A DNA stretch of 64,000 nt from Felis catus. Its lineage: Eukaryota. This document shows positions 39,930-51,069 of this stretch, one piece after another. Location: contig NC_058373.1 of NCBI RefSeq assembly GCF_018350175.1, positions 107,696,001-107,760,000 of the forward strand. The letters run 5' to 3'. Numbering within the stretch: the stretch's first letter is position 1; every line of letters starts with the position of its first letter. A program made the translations under genes and the position numbers. Under the pieces are notes generated by a model that was not told the origin of the DNA, did no database searches, and saw only the letters and a program-made list of their open reading frames with translations.

Positions 39930-41480
39930 GGAATCATTCTTCGTCCTCCTCCTCGTCGTTCTGGTCCTGGTAGCGAATGTAGACCACCAGCATGACAAAG
40001 CCCATAAGGATGCACAGGGAGCCCACGACCAGGTAGGCGATGCCCAGGAAGGGATTCTTGCCGCCCATCCACGAGATGTTACTGAAGACGAGGAGCTTGT
40101 GGCCGCCGAAGGCTCGCACCGGGTAGTTATAGGTGATGTTGACGAGGTACGCGCCGCGCGGCAGCCCGGCCGAGTAGTTGCCCTGGCGGATGCGCGCGTA
40201 CAGCTTGCGGAACGTGGGCAGCGCCGCCGTGCGCATCCACACCACGAAGTCCTGGTTGATGAAGCCGGTGTTGTTCGGGTCGGGGCTCAGCTCGTAGACC
40301 GGCCTGTGCCAGTTGGGCGGGGGCGCGGTGCCGTGGAAAGCCAGCGCCAGACTGCCGTTCACCAGCGGCGGGTTGCGGAACTTGACGTGGCAGTCGGTCC
40401 ACCAGGCGATGCCGGTGCGATCGAGCGGCACCTCGACGTAGGGCTCGCCGGGCCGGCGCTGGTGCCACAGCGAGAAGGTGTCGTTGAAGAGGCTGTTGGC
40501 GATGGCGCCGCAGGGCGCGATGGGCAGGCCGGTGGCGCTGCGCTGGTAGGGGGCGCACTCGTTGGCCGGGTGGCGCAGCGCGCTGGGCAGCCCGCTCAGC
40601 TGCGAGTCGTCGCGGGACACTCCGTAGCGCCGGTTATTTTGGTAGAAATTGGTCAGCTCGTAGTAGAGGTACACGGGGCCCGGGAAGAGCTCGGGCAGCG
40701 AGAAGTACCAGGCGCACGAGCAGCGAAGCGGCGGTGCGCGGCCCTGGTCGGCCAGGGCGCACGCCGAGCAGTTGCCGGTGCCCGGGTTGCCCGTGTAGTC
40801 GTACTCCAGCTCCTTGATGCCATTGGAGGAGTAGAAGAGGCCCAGGCCCAGGCCGATGAAGGCCAGGCCCGCGCAGAAGAAGAGCGGCAGCGCGATGCTG
40901 GCCGACAGCAGCGGCTGCCAGGCGGGGAGGCGCTGCTGCGTGAACGCAGTGTTGTCGGGCTGGTGGGCGCCCGGGGCCGTGGCGCTCCAGGTCATGGCGG
41001 CCGCGCCGGGACGGACGCGCGGACGGGCGGAGTGCCGCTAGGAGGTGGCCAGCGGGGGCGCCGCCCCAGCGCGCAGGGCGAGCCCGGGGGCCGCTCCCGG
41101 CCGAGGTTTCCGCCGGCTTCGGGGAGGGTGGGGGCCGGCCCCTCCTCCGGTCCCCGCACAGGTGAGTCTCGGTGTTCTTCGTGCGGTGACCCGACCCCTC
41201 AGTTCCGCCTGGGCCCAGGTGATCCCGGCCGGTTCCGCCCCTGCCGGTAATCGGCAGCCGCGCGCCCCGCCTCTTCGGAGGTGAGCCGTGCGGGCGTTGG
41301 TCTCCACACCTGGCGGGTCCTCGGCTCGGGTTTCCTCTCCATCTGGGTGGGTCCGGCCGCCAGCTCCTCCTCGCCGACGTGAGTGGCGGCCCCAGGCTGC
41401 CTCTCGGCGGCTCCTACCTGGCTCAGGTACCACCTTCGCTTCCGCCTTCCAAGTGACTAGGCCAGTTTTTCCCCCCGAGA
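39930..41480. promoter_or_regulatory. CpG island covering the TMEM30B CDS, 5' UTR and promoter
   Basis: Abrupt switch to very GC-rich, CpG-dense sequence against a CpG-depleted background; GC-box-like motifs (ccgccc, gggcgg) upstream of the ATG. Confidence 0.9.
39934..40995 (-). CDS. TMEM30B: Cell cycle control protein 50B / transmembrane protein 30B (CDC50/LEM3 family, P4-ATPase flippase beta subunit), single-exon CDS
   Basis: 353-aa [35 protein letters not shown]... with CDC50 motifs ([67 protein letters not shown]), two hydrophobic TM segments and an acidic C-terminus. Strong Kozak context GCCGCCATGA. The intronless, GC-rich CDS and MTWSATA N-terminus fit TMEM30B rather than TMEM30A or C. 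Confidence 0.97.
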   Translation of the reverse strand: MTWSATAPGAHQPDNTAFTQQRLPAWQPLLSASIALPLFFCAGLAFIGLGLGLFYSSNGIKELEYDYTGNPGTGNCSACALADQGRAPPLRCSCAWYFSLPELFPGPVYLYYELTNFYQNNRRYGVSRDDSQLSGLPSALRHPANECAPYQRSATGLPIAPCGAIANSLFNDTFSLWHQRRPGEPYVEVPLDRTGIAWWTDCHVKFRNPPLVNGSLALAFHGTAPPPNWHRPVYELSPDPNNTGFINQDFVVWMRTAALPTFRKLYARIRQGNYSAGLPRGAYLVNITYNYPVRAFGGHKLLVFSNISWMGGKNPFLGIAYLVVGSLCILMGFVMLVVYIRYQDQNDEEEDEE

Positions 41481-41588
41481 TCATCGGAGCTGCAGCCTTC
41501 AGCACAAAGTCCATTGAGAGATTGCATCGTGGCTCCTTGAGACTTGAAGATTTCAGGTTATCAATCCTCTTTTATCTGTGAAGATGGG

Positions 41589-41615
41589 GTGTGTGTGTGT
41601 GTGTGTGTGTGTGTG
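41589..41615. repeat. (GT)n microsatellite at the upstream edge of the CpG island
   Basis: Directly visible. Confidence 0.97.
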
Positions 41616-42594
41616 ACTCTAGACCCTCTTGTCTTTGTAGGTTAACGTATAGACCCCCTTTCAGTCAACTTTTAACCACAAATTGGCACGCCGAGAGATT
41701 ACACTACGGCAAAGCTGTTATTAATTCAATGCCTGCGTTCAAATCCTAGCATTTTTTTTTTTTTTTTTTAAGAAGAATGATATTTCGGCCAGGTGCACCA
41801 ATCTGGCTGCAAAGCTAAGAAAAGTAGAAAGTTCTCTAAAAAAGTGACTCTTAAAAAAGAGAATCAAAGACTACAAGAGGTTCAGAGTCTTTAAATATCT
41901 CTAGCTGCTGAAAAAAACACACAAGAATAAAAATGCATCAGACTACCTGTGATTTCCTTTTCTTTTCAGATTATTTGCCTGACTGGAGAAAGGTCTGGTC
42001 CCAGGTCCCAAAAGACCTCGCTGCTATCCACAGTCAAGGACTTTGGGAGTGTTTGGCCTAAGGAGGTGAACTACAAGGATTTATTGTAAACAGAACCCAA
42101 ATTAGCTCTGGAACATTGCTTGGGATTGTGGCTTTTATGTCTAGTTTGATACAGTATACATAAGGGGGTATCTGGCCATTTCAGCTTTGTGCTAAATCCT
42201 CCCTAGGTATTGAGGGGTTTCTGCCTCTTCTCCAGTTCATAAAATGCAAACAACGTAAATATTTTCTATATTACACTTTTGCACCTAGAATAATATATTG
42301 CATTCAGGAGTTGTTCAAAGCCCATTGAAATTTGGAAAGTTAAAATTCTTGCTAAATTAAACAGGAATTTCTTAAAAGCATCTCCTAAGTGGTCAGTCCT
42401 GTGGTGAGTACTGTAAAAGACACAAGAGAATTAGACTAAAAAGGACCCTTGACCTCATGGCATTTGCAGTCTGATAGGGGATATATTACTTCAAAGTAAG
42501 AAAGAATCAAAATGGCCAATAGATGGCATATAGTCAAGTACCAAATTGTACTTTACAGGAATGATACTAAAATTAAGAAGTAATCATTATTTTT

Positions 42595-42670
42595 AAACTT
42601 TATTTTTTTAAGTTTGTTTATTTTGAGAGAGAGAGCATGCGAGCAGGGAGGGGCAGAGAGAGAGGGAGAG
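42595..42670 (-). mobile_element. Severely 5'-truncated Can-SINE (3' part only)
   Basis: tttttttaagtttgtttattttgagagagagagcatgcgagcagggaggggcagagagagagggaga with no head region. Confidence 0.8.
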
Positions 42671-43139
42671 TTATTTTAATAATGAAAAATTCATTATCTT
42701 ATTGAATGGGATGAATGCAGGTTGGAAGCCTTAGCTGTTGGAGGCTACTGAAGGAACCCTTGTGACTTGAATTCCACATCCCTCATGTCTAATTTTACCC
42801 CAAGAGAGGAAATTCCAACATTGGCAACAAGTTCCTATAGTCCGACCTAGTCTCCACTATACCTTTTCTTCAATAAGATAAAAGGACAAATAGTTCTCTG
42901 TATCATTAGGGTTGAGTTCAATCTACATTTCTATCATCAAATCATCAGTCATCCAGACAGCACACAAAACTAGGAAAACTAGGAAAAAAGTCAGTCCTCA
43001 AAACTTAATCTAGCAGATCTTAAGCCTAACAATTGTCATGTCACTACTCCCCTGAAAGTACGAGACCTCCTGTTGAGCTGAGAGCCTTTCCAGCTGTACC
43101 CCCCATGGATGGAAGGCAACAGCATATTCATTCTGCTAA

Positions 43140-44100
43140 TTAAGGTAACACCAGAGTGTTGCAAAAGCCAAGAGGAGAGTATTTAAAGGCAGGGAATAGT
43201 CAACAGGGTGAAACACAGCTGAGGGTTCAAGTGTGATAGGAAATGAAAAGGAGCCATTGCATTCAACTTCTGTGAAACAATATGGGTGTTGGGGTTGGAG
43301 GAGTCAGGCTCTATCAGGTGAGGAAAAGGGGAAGTGGAGACAGCCAAGGTAGAACAACTCTAGAAATGTGGGGAGCAGGGAAGGAGAAAGACAGGTGGTA
43401 GTCATTTAGAAGAGTATGTATCTCAAAGGAAAGGCTTCTTTATAGATGGCAGACAAATGTTTATTCTGGGGGGAAAAGAAAATAGCTCAGGCAAGGTTGC
43501 AGATGGGTGATACTGGATGGTACAAAGGTAGGAGCAGGCACTGGGTCCAGAGAACAGGTGCAGGGTCACCTCACCTCTGAAATTGGAGGACATGGAGTAA
43601 GGATGGATGCAAAATGCAACTGGGCTTTGGGCTCAGTTCAAGAGAAGGAAGCTTTCATTTAATAATTTCTTCTAGGGAGTAAAATACAAGGTCATATCCA
43701 AAGAGAAGAGAGAGGAGAGGGAGAGGGAACTGCCCAGGAACACGTGAAGGTGTGTTGAATGGCTTTGTCTGGGGGAGTCCTGCCACCCAGGCTGAGAGAA
43801 AGCAAGTGATTGAACATGTCCAGTGGATGGGGGTGTTCAAGGCAGGTGAATCGGAAAGATAAACGTTCAGGATAGGTGCTGTTCTTGCTGGAGAGGTGGC
43901 TAAAGTGAGATGTCTTATTAAGCTGAATGGCAGGGAAAATGAAACCAAACTGGTGGATCTAAAGGAAACAGACCAGAGACTGGCAGTCCTAATGATGTTA
44001 ATGAGCAGGTGGCATGAAAGCTGGGAGAGAAAAAGTGCTGGTATAAGATGGGATGTTAAAGATTTTGGAGGTGGAGTAGTGCTGAGATCCATGTGTGTGT
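43140..44100 (-). mobile_element. L2 internal fragment(s)
   Basis: Purine-rich aagccaagaggagagtattt...ggagccattgcattc...aagtggagacagc L2-type sequence. Confidence 0.5.
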
Positions 44101-45054
44101 CCTATTTCCTGCACCAGCTTGGAAGTTCCAGAAGGTCAAGGATTGATATACATCATTGTGCCTCTCAGAATTCGTTGTATAATAAGGGTTCTGAGCTTGT
44201 GTCTTTCATTTGATTATACATGTTGTCATGGTGCCTTAAAGGACACTTTGGATCATGTAAATTCCTCTCAATACCAATAAGGTGAAGAAGTGAGCCCATT
44301 CTAAACAATTCTTTATCGCATCTCTTTATTATGAAGAGAACTCAACGTGAAAGAAAAAGGCATTTGCAATCATAATACTCCCCAAATCACTTCATTTTCT
44401 ATTTTATCCATAGAAATATTTAATTTCTAATTGGTTGAATGCTATGAAAATACAATTTTTATCATTCTGCTTGTTAAGTTATCTCCTTTTGGAATAAGAA
44501 ATAAAAATAAACATTTTTCCATGTTTTTTTGTTGTCTTCCTACATTTTTAAATGGTCCCCAAATTCATGGGCCTACCACATTAAATACCACTCTTCTATT
44601 GTGGGGCATATAGATTATTTCCAGTTTTTCAGTATTCCAAAGAATATGATAGTGGACATCTTTTTGCATATAGCCTTTTTTTTTTAAAGCTATTTCCTTA
44701 GGATAAACGTCTAAAAGTAGGAAAGGGGCTTAAAAGTGAAACTCTTTAAAGATACATACTAGAAGAATATCTGACACTGCCATAGTAATGTGAACTTTGC
44801 TACGTTCACCAAAATTTTGCCAAAAAAACCAGTTGTTAACCACAGAATATGTTTAGTTTATGCTAATAGACTGTTAGATACTAGGGGAAGCAGTATAGGA
44901 TCGGGGAAAGAATGCTGCTTGACTCTAAGGAAGTCCAAGTTCTATTCTAGAGTTCTTCAGGAATAAATGACCTTGTCAGATTGCTTAACTACCCTGGTCT
45001 CCTGATTGCTTATCTGTATGACTATGTTTGCCAAAATGATAGTGAATATCTCAT

Positions 45055-45233
45055 TCTTTTTCTTCTTTCTTCTTTCTTCTTCTTCCCCTTCTCCTTCTCC
45101 TTTTTCTTCTTCTAAGTGGATTTCACTCCTACTGAGGAGCCCAATGTGGGGCTTGAACTCAGGGCCCTGAGATCAAGACCTGAGCTGAGAACAAGAGTCA
45201 GAAGCTTAACCAAATGAGCCACGCAGGCACCCC
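45055..45233 (-). mobile_element. Can-SINE variant without (CT)n segment, (GAA)n-type tail
   Basis: cccaatgtggggcttgaactc...agatcaagacctgagctgaga...gagccacgcaggcacccc preceded by a (CTT)n-rich tract. Confidence 0.8.
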
Positions 45234-45309
45234 ACCCCCCATCTCTTTCAATGCAAACATTTCTGTTCTTAGTCATCTTGAGAACTTATCTTTATACTGA
45301 CTCATTGAA

Positions 45310-45550
45310 TAGTTACCATTTATTGAGTACTTGCTGTGGGCCACTCTATAAGTGCTTTATATACATTATCTAATCCACACCACAAACTTATGTGGGAAGT
45401 ACTATTATTAAACCTATTGAGCTGATGCAGAACTAAGATTTAGGCTAAGGAAATGGAGGCTGACCAATTTCTCATGGAGGTCAATGGGAGATCAGGAAGT
45501 TAAAGACCAGCTTACTTCTTACATCCTGCATTTTCAACCACTACACTGTA
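45310..45550 (-). mobile_element. MIR
   Basis: ccatttattgagtacttgctgtgggcc...gtgctttatatacattatc antisense MIR 3' end. Confidence 0.65.
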
Positions 45551-47161
45551 ATGCCTGGGCATACTTCCTCCTAAAAGAACCCAAAACACTTCAACCTTGA
45601 ACCAGTTTTTAGTATTGCACATCTTATACCCCAAAGATAAAAGAATTCCATGCCACTCATGGAGAATCCCGGAACATATGAGTTGGCTTATTTTTGTTTA
45701 ACAAAAGCTATTGTTTTGAAGCCAACTTTTGTTTTGCATGCCTATTTCTCTTGCTAAAGTAAAAGTAACTTCACTGGTCTGGCTATACTCAATTTTTGCA
45801 TTTATTTCATTTAATTCATGACTATATATCTTACTGTAATAGAGCCAGGATTTTTAATTGGCATTCCCTTACGTAAGTTTATACTACTCAGGATTGTTGC
45901 CTATTACTCTGCCCATGGGGCAACTTTTATTTAAAAGGAATCAAATTAAATTGCTTCATAAAATTACAGCATGTGTTCAGAAAAGTTTTAAAAAATTCAC
46001 TGTGCCTGGACTTCATTTTTCATTAGAAACTATATTCAACAGACTTCCTGTTTCAAAAATTATGAGTTGGTACCCCCTAGTGGAAGATACAAAGCAACTT
46101 CAGTTAACTACTGCTAAAAGTTCTGGAGGTACGAAAGACAGGAATTCTCTGTGCTCCTTGCTGCAGTGTGTGGGTCCTCTTGTCACTAATTTATTGAGAA
46201 ATGGTAGAGATCAGTTGTGAGAAGAACTGCAGGGGGCAGTGTAAAAGAAAAATGAGGTAGGTGACAATGGGTCTTAAGTGGCATTGACTTCAGGTATGGG
46301 ATGGCCATGTTAAAAGATGGTGGATAAACCAGCCAGGATGGGATTGGACTTGAACCATATGGTTGGAGTTTGGTTGAAGGGGGTGTGCTTGGTGAGTTGG
46401 TAGGAGAAAGGCCCAAAATATGAGGAGGACAAGTTGGTTGAGAGGGGAAAGAAGAGCTCTGGAACTGGAAAAGTTAAATCACAGTGGAATTGAACTATCC
46501 AGTATGAAAGATGGGAGGGGGTTTATCCCAGGGTGAGGGCTAGGGGAGGGAGGAGACACCAAAGCTGAGCAGTGTTTTTGGAACCAGCAAATCTGTTGAG
46601 GGTGGAGGCCACCCACCCTCCTCTGCCATCCCTCTGTCCCTGGGAAGGCGGAACTCACTGGATTGGGGATGGCCTCACTGAAGACTATAGTATACATACT
46701 GGCTTTCCCTTTCACAGTGACAATATCTATTTGAAACTTTAGGAAGTTTCACTTGTGTATCAGAAATACATAGCTAAGCATTTAAAATTTTTCAAAAAGT
46801 TATCATATTGTGAAATTAAATAAAATAGATGTCTGGGTCATGAGAGGGCAAAGCCGTATGTTCTAACATTCATAAGCTGGGGAGGGAGGGCTGACATCTT
46901 AGGAAGACGGGAGGTCCCTAAGAAAGATGTGCTTAGATGCTCTTACCTGTTGGATAATATCAATAAACTGGATGAACATACTTTGAATTCCATTATCTAG
47001 GTCACTGATTCAAATGTTTAAATACCTTGGCCAAACACCCTAGGAACTTGTACCTGTCATGTGTGCTGATCAACATTGACTTGTTAACATTCAATCTGTA
47101 GATTGTATATCCATAGAAGGTTGCGGGGGCCCCTGGCCTTTCTCTCTGAATAGTATATCTG

Positions 47162-47194
47162 CACTTGATCTTAGCCAAAAGGCCGAGAAACGAT
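47162..47194 (-). pseudogene. 3'-truncated (tailless) U2 snRNA retropseudogene, U2 nt 1-33
   Basis: Minus strand reads ATCGTTTCTCGGCCTTTTGGCTAAGATCAAGTG versus U2 ATCGCTTCTCGGCCTTTTGGCTAAGATCAAGTG (1 mismatch). Flanked by a 16-bp TSD ctgaatagtatatctg (47146-47161 and 47195-47210). No poly(A). Confidence 0.93.
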
Positions 47195-47346
47195 CTGAAT
47201 AGTATATCTGAATTTGTGGTGGTTGTGTTTAAAATTGTAGTTTTATTTCTGTAGGAAAAGTACCATGATGATGGCTGCATTGTGTCAAATTCTAAACCAA
47301 AGTTTAGGAATCTTAAAGGGACCAGGACCCTAGATGATACCTTATC

Positions 47347-47516
47347 CACTGGTTTCCAAACCGGCCAAGTAGCAAAATAATTGGGGCTGGTAAGGGGCAG
47401 TGTTTAAAAATACATATTCCATCTGCCCTTTTCACTAAATCACAATCCCCAGGGGCTGGTGCCAAGGAAGCTTACTCAGAGCAATCTGATGATAACCCAT
47501 CTTTGGGAGCCACTAA
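47347..47516. mobile_element. MER5A-like relic
   Basis: cactggtttccaaacc...tttaaaaatacatattcc...tttgggagccact ends. Confidence 0.55.
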
Positions 47517-47559
47517 TCTACTCCAGCCTCATAATCCTTTCGGGGAATTCTCTTTGATC

Positions 47560-47990
47560 TTTGTAAGGATTTCTGCGATGCAAGGAACAGAAACCCAAGC
47601 CAACTTTAGTAAAGGGGTGGCTATTGTTCAGAGATGAGGAATCTCGCACAAGGAAGGAACTGAAGGAAATAGATCTGGCTCTCACAGGAATAGAAAGTCA
47701 TCAGGCAGCTTCCCCTCTCTCTGCATTGTTTGTCCCTGCTTCTCTCTGTACTTCAGCAGGCCACCTTCATTAGCAGCACTTAGTTTTAGTCCTCCAAGTC
47801 TTGGGCCTTGCATGGCTTTGGGTTGTCCCAGCTCTGACTTGAGTACCAGTGCTGGATCACGTCACAACTCCTCCTGACTCCAGCAGACATATTCTTTAGT
47901 TCAAGAGAGACTCCAGTTTGGGTCAGGGGTCCAGCCCTGGTTCAATCTATTGTGGCAGGGGTGGAGAAAGGTCTCATGACATACACATGA
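47560..47990. mobile_element. Old MLT1-like LTR
   Basis: tgcaaggaacagaaacccaagccaactttagtaaagggg...ttgggtcaggggtccagccctggttcaatc motifs. Confidence 0.5.
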
Positions 47991-50900
47991 CTGCCTACAT
48001 TAAACTCCTCAGTAAAGGTTGAAGGGACTCTTCCAAAGGAGGGGAAGTACAGTCTGGGTAAGAACTCAAATGGTGTCTACCATAACTTTGTAACTTCCTA
48101 GCTAGGAAATCATTTGGGCTCTGCTTGAACACTTCTTGTGACAGGGAACTCACCATTTTGTGAGGTCCATTCCTTTTCCAGTTCCAAGCACTCAACAGCT
48201 TCTTTAGTAATAACCATCATATATTCTAAGTTCATTCTCTGGAATGATGCAGAATAAACTTACTCCTTGCTCGTTAAGAACTCTGAAGATGGCTTTCGTG
48301 TCCATCTCAAGATTTTTATTTCCACACTGTGCATACTTAGTTCCTTGACCTGGTCCTTGCTGGATCTAGCCTTTCATCATTCTGGTCTCCTTCTTTTGCA
48401 CATGGCTTGAGTTGGTAGATGTTTTTATTAAAGTATTTGCTTACTTAAAAATCGTGATTTTTTTTTAAAGGATTGAGAGTGGCTTTAAAATATGCAATAG
48501 AACAACATAAAAAATATCCTTCAAAGCAAAAGAATGAAGGCAAAGGGGATACATTTCATAAAATAAGCAGAAGCTGAGAGAGAAATTGGTTCAAGAAGCA
48601 CCTTCCATGTGGTCTGCACAATTTCTTCTTCAGCTTTCTAGTGGCCAGCCCAAAGAGAGAATGATGGATCACTGCATTCATGAAAGAAAAACAAAGCATC
48701 AGCCCAGAAGAATTTAAACGATTTCTGGTGCAAAGAACAGGAAATATTTTCTCCTTGGGGTTCTCCCAGAGAAGATGTAAAACCAGGTAAACAATATTTT
48801 TAACAATATCCTTGCAGTAAATATTGTAGCCATTTCCTAGGACTGTTTCTTACAAGGTCTGCCAAAGTGAGGTATAATGGTGTTTGGTCAAAGCACAGTT
48901 CAGTGAAGACATTCTAGGGAGGCTATGTGATCCAGTCTGGGTGTGCCACTCTGTGGTTCTTTGCCCCAGTATCTGTGGATTGGTGTTAGAAAATCTAGAA
49001 ATGGTTTTCAAGCTGTGCTCTGAGGGCCTGATCAGTGGTAGGACTTCAAGTTTCCCATTCCTTCCCTGCATCCCATTCTCTGACCCTGGAATTCTAGAAA
49101 GACACGGTTGAACAAGGATTCTATGGTTAAAAAAGAGATTTGAAAACTGCTGACATAAAAGAATGGGTACACTGCTATCCTTCAGGTAATCTACCATAGA
49201 TAATGCTCATTTCCCAAAGTTTTCAATAGTCAAGGAGCAGCAGTGAGTTTCAAGATTAACCATCCTCATAAGTTCCTAAAGCACAGGACTTCTAATGTTG
49301 CCAGTTAAACTCAGAGCCATATGTTGTAATAATCAAGTGAGCTAGGGAGGGTTGACAACTTTTTATTAAATCTGAGGTGTTTGACAATGACATATGGTGG
49401 ACAGAAGGCCACACCGCACCTCCACTTTGAGGTGGGCTAGGAAAGGACTGTCTGTAAGTGCTCAGATTCTCCTTAAGAAATAATTTGGTGTTTGCTCTAA
49501 CAAGATAATACAGTACAGCCTCAATGATTTTAGCCTGAAAAAAATTTAAATCTCTGATAACCGAACATCTATCTTATCTAAAAGCAAATCTCAGTAAATC
49601 ACTCATTGAACATCTAGCTTTTTATATCATTCATTGAACATCTAGCTTTTTATACCGAGAAGCATATACATAAGTTTAAAAATGTAATATATATAAAACT
49701 AGAAAGTTTTGGATTCAGAGCAACTAGCTTTTCTTTGTGATAATAATAGATAGGATCCGCTCTGTATCAGTGCCATTCTGGTTCATGATACTAAAGAAAA
49801 CTTGGCATTGATGTGCCGGAGAAAGCCCATCTCTCTATTCCTGGTAATTGGAATACATGCTGTTTCTGATCCATCAATGGACTGTTATTCCTGACCTCGA
49901 AACACAGTGGCATGAAGTGCAGGTTCCTTATCAGCCCTGTGACTGAGGGTGGGAACGGGCCTGGCGAATCAGTACTGAGCATGAGAATCTTGGCTTATCA
50001 CTGATTTCAGTCCTCAGAATCAAAGATTATGGAAAGATCAATAAATGCTGCAAACACTCTTAAGTTTTTATCAGATTATACCACAATGTTGACGAAGAGT
50101 TTAATAATGATCAGTGGTAGAATAGGTGTGCCTACAACTCGCGTTGTGTAGAACATTAGCCCAAGAAACCCAGAGCTTATTCAAGCAGGAAAGTGACATG
50201 CATTTTAGATAGATCACCTAGTAAATTAGGAGAAGAGTAAATGATTGCCCTTAGGAAAAATGTGATAGACTAACCTCTGGTCCAGTCAATAAAGAAAAAT
50301 TTCTATTAAATGCCAACATGGGCTCTTCCCCATCTATTCACAAAACCATGTCATAACTCAATTTTTTTTTAAGTTCTGCGGGAATAATGTGTATGTATGA
50401 GGATCCCTGTGTTTTGTGGCTGCAGATGATCAGAGTGGAAGTGGGAAGTTGCAAAATTAATCAAATGTCAAGTAATCTTTATTAATCTCCCAGAAGGCAA
50501 CAAGAATCTGTTGGGGCAAAATCCAAAATGCCTGGTTGACCACAGCTACATGGACGGATAGAACTCTACCTTCTTAGAGGGCCTGCCAGCTGGTGCCAGA
50601 AGTGGATGCATCTGGCTATCTGCAGGACCTTTTGACCTCATTTTACATGACTACGACAGGGACAGCACCCCAGAGCCAAAAGCCTGGTGGGTTGTGGAGC
50701 AAGGATGACAGCAACAAAGCTTGTTGACAGGCTTGTGAAGGACTGGTCCCAAGTCTTCCTTCCAAAAGCAGGGGAAAGACCGCCCACTGTGCCCTCCCTG
50801 TGGGTTCACACAACCCACCTCAGGTCATCTTTACATCCAGTTTGGGACATGATGCCTCATCCCACCATTGATATGGCAGCACTGCCTCTGTCTACCTTGT

Positions 50901-51069
50901 ACAAACACATGCCACTTGCCAAGAAACACAAATCACTTGGTTCTCAAAACAGCTGAAGATAAAAATCTTTTTTTAGCAAGTAAATTAACTAGTATCAAAG
51001 CTCTCTCTTAGAAGGGATCTATGGCAGCTGAATCTTCTCCAAGAGTTTAATTTAGCTCCATTTTTTTTT

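Larger units (their letters stand above)
37490..39933 (-). other. TMEM30B: Probable TMEM30B 3' UTR with candidate ATTAAA poly(A) signal at 37509-37514
   Basis: AT-rich, largely repeat-poor stretch after the stop codon. Plus-strand tttaat (37509-37514) reads ATTAAA on minus and is followed by U-rich sequence. Pumilio-type TGTATATA on minus at 38057-38064. The 3' end is inferred, not shown. Confidence 0.5.

Noticed and set aside
41033..41064. CTCF-like tggccagcgggggcgcc in the CpG island
   Set aside because: One base short of the core spacing and expected by chance in GC-rich sequence.
40099..41250. 383-aa plus-strand ORF antisense to TMEM30B (and the 143-aa alternative-frame ORF at 40127..40558)
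   Set aside because: Shadow ORFs expected from the very GC-rich codon usage of the real CDS; low-complexity Ala/Arg/Gly/Val content and no recognisable domain.
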